A stretch of 64,000 nt of DNA from Styela clava (Eukaryota), in contig NC_135258.1 in the NCBI RefSeq assembly GCF_964204865.1, positions 10,540,001 to 10,604,000 of the forward strand, written 5' to 3'. A program made the translations under genes and the position numbers. This document shows positions 24,601-38,300 of this stretch, in pieces. A model generated the notes under the pieces. That model saw only the letters and a list, made by a program, of their open reading frames with translations, was not told where the DNA came from and did no database searches. Numbering within the stretch: position 1 is the first letter of the stretch; each line of letters begins with the position of its first letter.

Positions 24601-27007
24601 CGACGACAATTCCACGATTCCAGTCGTCACTTGATTGTTCACGTAACCGCTGATTGGTCACGGATTCCCCCATCAAGTACATACATATGAAACAACTGCC
24701 TGGTTAACTATAAACATACCCTGCATCAGCGTTTGGTCGCGGACTATTTTCTCACCAAAGAAAATATTTTCGGACTTAACGTGCGTTAATTTTGTAATTG
24801 AACTCTGAGTGAAGAAGAAAAATAAAATAAAAAACAACGGAATTTTACCGATGTCAGTTTATTATCCACATTTACAAATTCCGATGGGAGCCATAGCGAT
24901 GGTGCTCCGTCATTAAGAACTGCTCGCTCTGACAAACTTTAAATATATTACGCGATCACTGGCGACGATTCGCTGATTAAAATGATAGGATAGATTTTGA
25001 AGCTGAAAAGTTCCAAATAAACTCATTATTATCTTTCATGTCGGCTTTAATTATCTTTATTGTTTTCGTAAAATTGAAAAATTAACAATATCTTTACGGC
25101 TGACTCCTGGATTCGTTGATTTTTTTCTGTTTGTATTTTTCTGTGTTACTTTTGCTTCAAAACATAACCTCTGAAATATTGTTTCTGAGTATCCGTTAAG
25201 ATCTGATAGAATTCACTTGATGGTATTTCATGACACAAATATAACACTCAACTTTATATAAAAAATTTTAACTAAGCAAAAGGTTCGTGTAGACTCGTGT
25301 ATTTGTCAGAATTCCGCAAGTGCGTTGTGCAATCCAATCGTTTGATTCAGAGAGGTGCCATTTACGTGTCATGTCTAAGTCACGTGTTACCAGGTATTCT
25401 AATGGTTAAATGTTAGAGTATTTTGCCCAGCCCTACTCAGTAATCGATAATTATTGACTCTATTAATTAATTAATTAATAAGTCTAGTAAAAACGTTCTC
25501 GACCCCCAATGAATTTCGCGACACTAAAAAGCTTAGTGACCTAGTGATATACTACTACATAACTTTCTAAAACGGTATTGCTCGTTGAGGACTCATTTAA
25601 ACGCTCCGCGGACTCATTTGAGACCGCGGTCTCGGGTTGGGAAACACTGCCCTACATGGAATGGTAATCGGACAAGAGACCGTGGTTCGCGAATTGATAA
25701 AGCCGTCTTAATATTGCAATCTTGTAATGGGTGTTTTCAACGTATTACAGAATCTTGCGATGGCGTGATATACAAGAAGAAATGTTATTTAGTTATAGTT
25801 CAAAAGATGACTCTCGATAAAGCCAAGACCCTATGCAGATCTTTTAACGGAAAAATGGCAAATATTTACTCTCTGCAACATTATGATAAAGTCATGGGAT
25901 ATATGTCACAACACATGGATGCTCAACACTTCGAAATTCTTCTCGGAATGAGCTTCAATTCAACGGTTTGCGATGATATTGTAGTGTTTTGTTAGAATGT
26001 ATAAAAGAAGCAGATTGGGGAATGAGAATTCCTAAAAATTTGCAGTTAGTTGTTTCTGATTTATTTATTTTTTTTTCAAAATAGTTATCTTATAATGCCG
26101 TCTTCGAAAACCGATAAACAACATAGTAATATATCAGTTTTTGTGCAAGCCACAAATTATGATATCATATTAAAACGTAACAAAATTTCACATATAAAAT
26201 GGCTTCTCTCTTCTACATAATACCGGGCATCATACTGCACACATTGCTTAACTTAGGAGAGTATGTTTATTCCATTGCTGCAATGCTGCCTAGGACTAAT
26301 GTTATAATATAGGCTCCTAAATAACACAGCACTTCTACACAGACCTCAGAGGTTCGTTTGGATGACGGAAGACCAGCTCCCTACGTTAACTGGTTGAGCG
26401 GATGGCCATCTTTAATTTCTATCAAAACACAAATGTCAGTTCGTGTTAATAACGATGCATCACTCTCATATAAAGGAATGTGGAATCAAGAAAATTCCTA
26501 CAAGTTTCATGGCGTTCTTTGTGAAATATGATAGACCTCTCGACATGGCACACGATTTTCTTTGAAGATTTACAAGAACTCCGACAAAGACCGAACATAA
26601 AACTAAGGACTTAACAAACTTTATTTTCAAGCATTATAACGAAAACGGCGCTCCCGAAGTATGTGCATCAAGATGGCGCACAACCTGAACCCTAATCTGG
26701 TACAACTACTATGTTCAGATTGTGCGCCATCTTGGTGCAATACTTCTAAAGGTCCACGAAAACAGTATATATGCCGAATATTTAGATGAGTAGATTTTAT
26801 CACGAATATTTGAATGTAATTTGTACAAATTTCAACCGCGGCATTCTATTAAGAGTTCCAGAGTGATATTGACGCCCAATTATATTTAGTCTAATCAATT
26901 TCATGCCAAAATGTAAATAAAGGCAATATTCCATTTTGTTTTACCACATGATAATATTATATAACATGCACAAAATTTATTAATAATAAAAACAATACTA
27001 ACCAGTC
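21540..27007. repeat. Segmental duplication unit 2 of the lectin locus
   Basis: Partner of 13459-20704, with the same order of inverted remnant, hAT MITE, spacer and lectin gene. Confidence 0.92.
23920..26531 (+). CDS. Secreted collectin-like C-type lectin, copy B
   Basis: Exons 23920-24169, 24337-24432, 25751-25965, 26343-26531. Exon lengths equal copy A (250, 96, 215, 189 nt) and the frame is open to TGA. Confidence 0.88.
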
Positions 27008-27226
27008 AAAAAATATGAGTTTCCATTTGGGATAGTGAAATGTGAAAAGCGACAATTTGTTGTTGTTTTTTTAGTTCGGTGGTTCTCGTACATCATCTGC
27101 GAATATTTTAATGTTTTAGAATATATATTAAGCTAGGATCCTATTCTGTATCTCCTCGTATCTCTGTATTGTGATATATATTTAAACGCAGCTACTGGTT
27201 TTCAAAAAACAATCTTAGACATGTTC

Positions 27227-27547
27227 GGATTAAGGAGGATAGGATTTACATATTTATCTCGGGGAGAGGAAAGCCGTCGAAACGGGTTAGTTATATGGCG
27301 AACCATGACATCTTGTCCGGTTACGAGTCCACGTCGGGTATGGGATGAGTGTGGCAGTAATTTATTTTCAGATGCATGGACTTGATGGTGGAGGGAGCCG
27401 TAACGGACCAGGAATTACGTGAACCATTCTACGGCGGCGAAGAGTCTAGCAATCCTCTCGCACATAAATAACGCCTCGGAGGATTCGAACCTGGTATTCA
27501 GAGGGGCGATGGCGAGCATTTTCCTAACGCTTATCACAATGCGGCAC
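27227..27547 (-). mobile_element. tRNA-derived SINE, diverged copy
   Basis: Homologous to 12216-12565 (ggggagaggaaagccg, atatggcgaacca, ggattcgaacctg, cctaacgctta). Confidence 0.8.
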
Positions 27548-29343
27548 AAGCTATTAGTCATTGTAAACTTTATGATCTCGAAGTGTTCCGTGGAAAAAAA
27601 ATCAAAAATATGTCTAAAATGGTTGCCATGGCGATCCATGGAAAGTGAAGTTGTCGCCCAACTAACCGTTCGATATCGCGTCACCGTCGGCCTAAAGTGG
27701 ACTAATTAGGGTGGGGTAGTGGAATTTTTGAAAACCGTCGCTATTCTTACCTTATATTTGCCTGGTTTTACTAAATGCTGAAAAAAAAATTCAAAATTTC
27801 ATATTGAGTAGATAAATAAACTGTAGCAGGTACTTCTATCTCCATTAGACGTAACATTAGAGGCAAGCCCTATCTAATGGAAAGTAAACGACATAGAATG
27901 ACAAAATGAATGAATTGATTTTTATACAAAACATTCATAATAAATGCAATATGCAAAATATTCAATCATTTTTAGGTATTTTTAACCGTAAGGTTTAACA
28001 CAATTCTGTCAGTTGTCGCGGAGCATTTGGCAACTCGCGACAGAGATTGGAAACCGCTACATTGCACCGTTTTTATTTATCAATTTTTGGTGTTCCGCGA
28101 GGCGAGATAAAAGATGCAAGTGTTCCGTGGCCAAAAAAGTTTGGGAAACGCTGCTCTAAACAAAAACAAAAAATGAGTCTGACTTATTAGGTGAGTAAAC
28201 ACGTACCACTTCCGCTTGGAAAAACCTTCCATCTTATATTTTGTACGTTATAAACCTTATCTAAGGTTTTGTTTGCTCCCCTGATTTCATATTCAGTTTT
28301 TATTTATTTGTTTTTATCTGTCAAATGTATTGTTATGCTGATTATGGAGTCGAAATAAACTTATAATTATTATTATCAGAATGACAAATTGTTATGATAT
28401 AAAGAAATTGTCATTCCTACTGTAACTTGGCTACCATAATTCAGAAATCGGTTATACAGTGGTTTCCAATTCTTTTTACTAAATTCTACCTTATGGCCAG
28501 TTTGGACATCTTTATTTTAACTCTAACCTCACTGTTATGTGCATAAAAACTATGTTTCGGTTATTTGTTTAATCTTAAATGAGCCTGAAGCTTGCGCCAT
28601 GCGCAACCAGCACTCCGGCTTTTGCACAGTTTGAATAATTTATAACAAAACCATGAATGGGTATTTTAATAATATTAAATAACCAAACAAATTTTGTGAA
28701 ACTACACCAAATACAAAGTGATGTTTCCTTCTCAAAAATATCAAAATCACTCATTTGAGAAATTTTTCCTTGGTTGGGAAACGTGGGATAATAACTTTCT
28801 TTATTTCCGCGTGGAAAATTTCTACTGACAACAAACTGACATTTGACATCTCTCAGTCGCCTTCGAAGACGGAAGTACCGGTAGACTATGCCTATGCTTT
28901 GTTTTGTCTTTTTTGCTGTTTCATCGTTCATTGTGTGATCGTGGCTATTTTCGATTTAAATATCGTAGTCTGGTTGTTTTACCATCTACAGAACCTAAGT
29001 TGCGGAATACTGCTAACTTTTATATTAATATCAGAATATTCAGACGTTACCGTACCGGTATCCCAGTACCGTACTGCAGTATCTGGCAGTCTCTAGTCTG
29101 TTGGTCACATCAGTACGGTACCGGTACCGGCGGTACAGACTGACAGTTTATTCAATCGGTAGACTACTGGTCTATGTCTGTTACAGACTGTAGTCTATGT
29201 CATTAAATCAGTAGTCTACCTTCCTTCCTTCTGAGTCCTGGAAACTGAAATCTCAGAATCTGGAAATACATATTTTTCTATTTTACTTAGTCAGAACCCA
29301 TATATTAGAGCTGTTTTGGTCGGAATTTGTAAAAGGAAACATT

Positions 29344-32300
29344 ATGCACAGCCTTCAAGGCAAGTTTCAATCAAAACGAGGTAAGTCAATGATTTTTATT
29401 TAAGTCTGTAAGTTATAACCTAGATCGGGTCTTGTGTAGTTTCGTACCTAACGTACTTCTAGTAGGCGTAGCATAACAATTTTTTGATATGACAATCCTA
29501 ACCCTGTAACCCCCATCTGACTATGCGATCCAAAAATTACATCACTACGACATCACGATCACGTCATAGAGCTTTCCAAATACTGAAATATACGTACAAT
29601 CGCCCGAAATGGCATCGGTGCCGACGATAAAGAACTGACTAACGTCACCGATCTCTCTCCTATTGGGATCGTAGTGACGAGAAAACGAGAGAAATACAGA
29701 AATACCTGTTCGATTTCGGGTGCTCGTCTGCGCGTCTTGGATGGCAGTTTGTATGGTTTGAAGGGTCTATTACGTGACTGTGACGTCGTAATGTTGTTAT
29801 TTTTGAACGGCGTAGTCAGGTGGGGGTTAGGATTGAAATGTGAAACAATTGTTATGCTACGCTCACTAGCAGTATATTAGGTCTGTAGGTACGAAACTAC
29901 ATGAGACCCCAAAGATCATACCTAAATTCTGAAATTCTAATCTTAGTTTGCCATAGTTTTTGAGTTCTGTCAGTCGGTAGTTCTGTAGTTGTGATTGCTG
30001 GGTGCATAAATTTTTTTTCGATGGCTCAGATATTACTTTTGAACATCTGAACATTATGCAAATAATTTTATTCATTAATCAAAGAAATAGTACAAATCAA
30101 CTGAAATTGCATAATTTCGCGGTAATTAACTGTAAAATTCCAAAACATTCACCTCATTTGAAAATGAACATTTTTCACGTTTTTTAGAATCCAAGCAAGA
30201 ATCCGTCACTACACTGTCATCAACGAATAAAGCTTTCTCATCAAGTACTTATTCACCGACTATTTTAAGAGGATTTCATCAATTACGTGATCTGCATGCC
30301 TTGTGCGATGTTACTCTGTGTGCCGATGGTTCCTCATTCAATGTTCATAAAGCTCTCTTAGCTTCAGCATCGGATTATTTTCGAGGTACTAATATTTATT
30401 ATACTTTCAACTATGGTACCAATTTGTCAATAAATTTATATCTTCCAATGCAATTTCATAATATTGTAGGTAGAAATGGAATATTTTCACTGTTTTCATT
30501 AAATTGAATATTATCCAGATAAATGGTGTCAAGATTTATTTATGCCGATGCTCATTCAAGCCTTTCACTCCAGACAAGGCCCCGTACAAGCATTCACTGA
30601 CATCTTAAAATATGTAAAAAACTACTGTTTGTTGAATGGCTGTAATCTTTCTGGTTTGGCATTGGCTACCCAATTTATTACACCATGGGTGAGGTGGTGG
30701 TCACGGCATTTCAACCTTGTAATGCCAATAGAGTTATCCACCAGGCCATCATGCATATTTTGTGCTTTTCATTCAGTTTAATTACCTAGCTATCATTCCC
30801 AAATTTGGATTGACCTCCAAATCTAGCATTTGAAAGCGTTTGACTCCAGCCCAGTAAATCTTTCATGTCAGTGTTGAGTTTTTCGATATTTTTGGCTATA
30901 TACTGGTATATCACAATTCACAATGATATAAGCGTATATATAGCTATTAGATTATCATTTGTTGCTTGAAACTTTCCTATCTCAATTCTTTCCTAAAACT
31001 TGAATTATGAAAGATCAAAACTCCCTGCACATATGGCTCTGATTCAACAAGTATTAACAAAAAATATTGAATTTACCAGTTTTGATTTCAATGCCTTTTA
31101 TTAACAATGTCCGCAACGTTTAGTTTGAGCAAACTTTAATTGAAGTCAAGGTATAAGATATATGTGAGACAAACACTGGTTTCTCATTGAATTTTTCATC
31201 TGCCGTCAATTCCAGAAATATTCACTTTAGTGAAGTAAGTTATGGTGCACAGATATATCTTGACTTCACTGTCAAATAGATTATTAATATTATTATGTTA
31301 TTTTTATGATTATATTGGTATTTGTTATTTCCTCTTGAGTCTATGTATATATTATATTTTGTGTAATAAAGATGTGTTTTAACTGTTTGAAATTGCAATC
31401 TATTCTGCATGATAGTTGGAATTTCAAAACAATATTGGGATCATATCAAGATTCTCCCCCAAGGCTAGATCGTTTGTATGTACCGTTTTAATATAACCAT
31501 ATTTACAAGGTCTCTTTCTGTTTCATTTCTTTTTTGAACTCTACATTTTCAAAGGAAAATATTTTCAATATCTTGGGTATTTATTTCAGCTATGTTTACG
31601 TCGGAAATGAGAGAACGAGTGGCAGGAAGTGTTGAACTACATGGCGTAACCGCAACTGGATTGGAAAAAGTATTAGAATTTATCTACAGTGGAAACATAG
31701 TTCTATCTCTGGACAATATTCAAGATATTCTTGCCGCTGCTTCACATTTACAAGTGATGCCCGTCTTGGATTTTTGCAAGGTATTCCTTATTTAATTTTT
31801 TATTTACACTAAATTGAAAATACTGAAAACCAGATTTCGACCCAAAATAGGGAAAACAAGTGTTTTGAGATTGTGGAAAAAAACATTTTTGATTTGTAAT
31901 TTCTAACTTTTTTGATACATTTGCCCTTTGGTCTTGAAACTCTTGCGTTGATTACCGGTAATCTCATAAACTTTGTTGGCTTTAGCAATCGTAATGACAT
32001 TTCCAAAATTGACTCTGAACTTCATTTGACCTATAAATAGTTGATAAAGTATAGGCATCGGTTTATTAACATTTCATTGTGAAGTTACAAGAGGAAATGA
32101 TTCAACGATAATGTTTATACAAATGTCATTGGAGGATATGAATTCTGATTCCCTGACTGATTGTTACACCCATTGTCCCAGTGGCATATGACATAGAATA
32201 ACTAGTTGAAACAATGAGTTTTATTGAACTTTTATTGAACAACATACAAAAAATATAGTAATCAACTCAAATGTCATTTCAAATGTTGTAATCCCACTTC

Positions 32301-35300
32301 ATTTCCTGTTTTTTAATCAATGTTTGATAAAGGTATACATCTTTACAGGACACATACTATATTTTGTACAATATCAGTCATATATTATATCAAGAGGCAT
32401 TAATTTGAGGGTTAAAAATTTCTATATTTGCTTATGAAAAAACTGATTATTTGATGTGGATTCATATCTTATGCTGGGTGGTAATGATAGTAAAATGTAA
32501 TTCCTGTTTATCCTGTATAAGAACCTAATTTACACTAAGCTCAACCAATTATTGCTTTTAATGAAAGAACAGATGTTTTATAATGACTTCAATTTTATTA
32601 AGTATCAGTTCTCTATCAATAAACGTCAATGATCCATTCATGCGTAATATTAATTCATGTTCTGTGTAGAATTACGTAGGATTATGGAATTCAATGACAA
32701 TACTTTCACTGTTAATTTCATGAAGTTAATAAAATTCAATTCAATAATGAAAATAATTATAAATATAGAATGTGGTCTGAAACAATGTTACTATTGAAGG
32801 CTCTAGTCTATGGCTCAATCTTATTCGCTTCATAATATATTATTACATAGTCATGTTGTTGTCTAGAAGTGTGTTTGCCAATATGGAGGTAGCTAATTTT
32901 ATTTGCTGACTTTACATCAAGTTGTGTAAAGTGAGTGAACATATAGGCAGGGGGTATATTCACTTGGCTAACACAGACAGTCCCCGAACTCGTAATCGAA
33001 CTAAAATAAGGAAAATCTGGATAAAGTTATCACCCAACCCTAACCTGGTACACACGCTATGGAAGTACCGTCATGTCAGCCTTCGACTGTCATTCTATGA
33101 ACACATACATCTAACCAATTTTCTGATGTATAAAACGTACCATAGCGGAGGGGTACTCAAACTTTTGGTGTTACAGAGCCTGTGAAGAAGGTGGCTATTA
33201 TTCACGGGCACCACAAATCCACAATAAATATATACAAATAAAAACAAAAAAACTTATTTTTATTTCCGATAAATGTCCCTGACGAAACTAAAATTACTTT
33301 ATTCAATGACTCGGATGTATTTGCTGCTTTGTATTTATAACATATCCAGTATTTTAATAAGTAAATGAAAAGTTCTCGAAACCCCTGGGTTTCTCTGACG
33401 GAGCCCTTCGAGAACCTATGTCATAGAGTTTACCATTGTATAATATGTAATTGAACCTGAAACCAGTGGAAATAACTTTATTCATCAATCCATCCATGGT
33501 GTTTCATATAAATTTATACTTGTTGGGCCAATGGCTTTGGACTAATGTACAGAAGTGATGAGATGTAGCATACTTTCCTTGGTATTTGAAAGCACTGTGA
33601 ATGACATAATTTTATTTCTACCTGGTTTCATTTGGTATCTCAAATACTCTTTATTTTCATTGTCCTGGTGAATCATTTGTATTGAAAATAGAGAAGTAGT
33701 AATAAAATTTGTATCATACTCTCCAAATATTTATCTAACACAGTCATAGCTATGCACGAAATTTACAGTATTTGAATATTATACTCTCATATTACTGTGA
33801 GTTCTAAGAGTACTGACAATATTTACGGTATTTATTTATGTTAAATCTAGACATGTTTGTGTAAGCGTCAAGGGGGCAGTGGAATGTAAATTTTTATTCA
33901 CTAATAATAAACTTCAGTTATAAAGTTATACAACCGCTGGTATTATTTGTCTTTATATTATTGTGACATATACAGAAAGGGTGCATCCTTCTGTTCTCAA
34001 AATTTCTGTCTGCGTACAATTCTTTTTATTGATTCACTAATCACTAAATAACATAATGGTGAAAATAAACATTTTTTGCTGGGTTGTCATATCTCTATAT
34101 TCCTCGGTTAATAATCCCTTTCCATTCACACAAAATCAATAAAGAATAATGAAAAAAGTCTATTGATAATAAAGAATTAAACAAACTTTTTGAATTGTAA
34201 TAGTGATATAAAAACCAGTTTTATCTATAACCAGTAGCAAATCCCGCCCCAATCATCTTTGCTATATAAACAGATTATAACCATTTGTTTTTACATTTTC
34301 TTTGTGTCAGAGTAATATGTTTGTTTTATATTACAATATTTATGATCTTACTAATCCCCTTCTTTTCTTTCAGGAATTCTTGATGGGAGAAGTAACTTTA
34401 GACAATTGTCTTGATATCGGCCACATTGCTAATGCTTATAATCTGGAAGCTGTCGATAGTTATGTGAACAGTTTCATGCTTCAGCATTTCAATCAAGTTT
34501 TCGATTTCAATAAATTGCCAATTGAAAGATTCACATTTTTGTTATCAAGCAACAGCCTGAAGGTAAGATATCATCTGATTATATGACATGTCTGTCGTCT
34601 GATATATTATTGGTATAAAACTTGTTTGATATGAAATTATATTTTATTGCCGCAATTTTATGTCCATTTTTTTGAATTGCGTAAATTAGACCTGTAATTT
34701 TTTCAACAATCACATTTCAATTTAGGATTGTAGTGAACTCAATTTATTTAACGCTGCGAAACGATGGTTGAAATATGATCTTGAAAATCGAGCACAATAC
34801 GCAGCACGAATCATGGAACACATTCGATTTCCTCTTATTGCACCAAATGACCTTATCACACATGTCCAGGTGAGACAAATTCAGTCGATCAATCAATTAT
34901 TGACAATTAATTATATTAATCAATTGATACATACAATACATACGCTGATAGTGTTTTTATGTTTTTAGACATCATATTGAAATTTTGTATTTGTTTAAAA
35001 CTCGGCTATCCACAGTAATATTGGTTATATGCAACATAAATTAGGCTATGTACATGCAAATCGAATTTTGTATATCTAACCTTTTTGAATTAATAGGACA
35101 GCAATATTCTTAGTTAGCTGGGTCACATCCATTCAATGTCATTAAAATTTTTATACCAAAAGTATTCCATCAGTCTCCATCACGTATTAGCAAGTACGTG
35201 CAACCTTCCGAATTTCTTCAATTAAAGAAACAAAAACAAAATTAATAGCTTTGCTGATTGTAAGGTAAAGAAATGGGCATCCACTTATTGTTATATTCAT

Positions 35301-38300
35301 CAAATCCAAAATATTTTTTTGCTATTTTTGTATTCAAATTGTGTTTAAAAATGTGATAACGACCTGGCATAAATAATTTTACTTTTATTATGTTTTTCCA
35401 GTCTGTGGATTTCATGCGGAATAACAAAGACTGTATGGCATTATTACTTGAGGCTTCAACATATCGAATGGTGCCATATATGCAACCAATATTACAAAGT
35501 AATAGAACAAGTATAAGAAGTGATGCAACACATCTTGTTACTCTAGGTAAGTTGTCCACATTGATTTTCTCAAATGAAATTATAAAACGAATGTCCATAG
35601 TTTATAAAAGATTTGAAATACATTGAAACAACTACCTGTGAAATAACTTTTTTTTTTGTAATTTTTCAGAAATGTATAACTTATCTCAAACTGTTTAATA
35701 AAAGGAAGTTCAAAAACAGACTTCTAAGCTAACAATTGCATATGTATAAATATAAATATTTCATGTTGCCCACACTTTGGTTATCAACTCAATTCAAAAA
35801 CTTCATAACATTTTTTTATTAGGTTACAAGGTATATTTTCTCAAATTATAGTTTATTATTAGCTAAGAATAACACTGATTTTCTACCAAATTGAATTTTC
35901 CCTCTACATTACAATAACTTAATGTCTTTATAGATTTTTCAATCAATATGAGTTGAAATCCATGTAATGTTAATTTGTTAACCTTGAATATTGTTTTAAT
36001 CTTGTCATTTTTTTTTGCGTGACTGTTTTCTATTAATGCTACTTATGAGGTAGTGCTTATAACCTTGTTTTGAGTAAATTTTTGGGCTCTCCAGCGGTAT
36101 TGTGTACCAATATGGAGGTAGCTAATTGGTTCACCTATTTTACATCAAGTCGTGTAAAGGGGCTGAAACCTATGCGCAGGGGGGATATTCACTTGGCTAA
36201 CACAGACAGTCCCCGGACTCGTAATAGCACTAAAATAAGGAAAATCGGAATAAAATTATGGTCTAGCCTTAACCTGGTACACATACTACGGGAGCACATA
36301 TTTTTGTACAATTCATATTAAACATCAGATCCCTGATATTAAGGCCTATCATTATCTATATTGACGATTCTGTATTCAATAACTTATTCCTCAATTTTCA
36401 CAGGTGGAGTATTGCGTCATCAATTGGATGTCTCTATGGATTTGAGAATATTCGACGAAAGGTCGAAAAGATGGATCAACCTAGCGCCGATGGAAAACTC
36501 AAGGTTACTGTCCTATTGACCACATCACTATATTATGTTCAATTATCTATTTTTGAGGAAAGACAAGACAACTAACAAATAACAATATTCACTCGCATTC
36601 TAGATTAATATTGTATTGAACATTCCGGGCTTGTTATTTTGCAAAAATGTGGTCAATTAGGAGTAGCTTCCACTTTGTCTATGTTTCTGTGGTTCTGTAT
36701 CCACCAATAAGATGACAAAAATAAAAAGTAATGGCCATCTAACGACAGCAACAATCTTTAACCACTGAAAATTTCAAAATATTAGTTCCAACAATAAATG
36801 AGAAAATCGAATTTTTCCTAACAACAAGAAGAAGAATAATCTTAACAACAACAGCATTTTACCAAACAACAATTGTCATATTAAAACAACATATCAATAT
36901 TGCTACGACATTCCAATTTGCATTACTTTGCTCAGCTGGAGTCTATGCACCAACTGTATGACCAAGAATAATTTTTCAATTTTTTCAAAGTTTATCAAGT
37001 TTAGGACATAATGACTATAATAAATACATTTCTTAGAAATGTCAATCTGTTTTCTATGTTCCTTATATACAGTGGTCTTACCTTGAGGGCATGCTTCATT
37101 GCTAGCCAATAGCGGCTATGCTAGTTTTTTCTAACTAGATTGTTTCAATTCAGTATTATGTAACTGAGTAAATTAAAGGTGATAGGTAACCCTTACATTT
37201 TTATTGATCTGTGTAAAGGTTTCAATTTGTTGATGTCTGCCCAATCTCCTGTCATTCGGTCTCACACCAGCTGTGGCTCTTTTCACGCGTGCCTGACAAT
37301 AGGTCATCGACCATTACTTTATTTGTTGTTAGCTTTTGAAGATAATGGCTCGGTGTTAGTTTCTTTTTCTGCGCCAACGATTTTGAACTGGCTTATTTGT
37401 TTTATTTCTAAATTAAACACTGACTTATGCCTTAATTTTGGTTCTATTTTTGGGCCAATATCACTCTACTGGGTTGATTTTAACAGCCAATGTATCTTTA
37501 TTATACATTTGCTAGGATTTTGATAGAAGTTGCTGGATTTTGTATTGTTTGGTAAACACTTCACTTCAGTAGGCCTATGAGGTAATAGCTAACTAAAAAA
37601 TTATTTTCATTTTTGTTTTTTCTCAAAACATGAACATGTTCTGACAGTTTTTCTATGAATAATATTGAATCCTACATTTTCAAATGATAGAAGAAATCCA
37701 TAGTCAAGTCATCTTTTTGTGTGACATAATTTTTACGCCTTTATTTAGTATAGAGAAAAGGAATATGATTTATTTTTTTTTTTTTCATTTTTGAATATGT
37801 GTCCAAATACATTTAACAAATTTTTGTCTTTTGTATCTCTGGTGATAATTCACTTCCGCTTATAGTTAAAAAAAATTTTGCAATACATACAAAAACATTT
37901 GATGACTTTCATTTCTTTTATATTATCTAGATACCAGCACGGTATTGCAGTCATTGGAAATTTCCTTTTTGTTGTCGGTGGACAAAGTAATTATGACACA
38001 AAAGGAAAGACAGCCGTTGACACAGTATTCAGATATGATCCACGATATAATCAATGGATAAAAGTTCGATCTTTGAATGAAAAGAGAACATTTTTTCATC
38101 TGAGGTATTTGAATTAATATTTTTTATTGTTCACTGTTTTATTTTCAATTACGGTAGTTGATAATACCAATTTTGCTGTTATTAATGATACAGTGTTTAA
38201 TTTATGCAACAAGGATGGCCAAATCTAAACTTTTTCCAAATACATTTATTAATATGATATTTTTAATAGGGCCTATATAGTAATGGTTTTGGGACTATAT

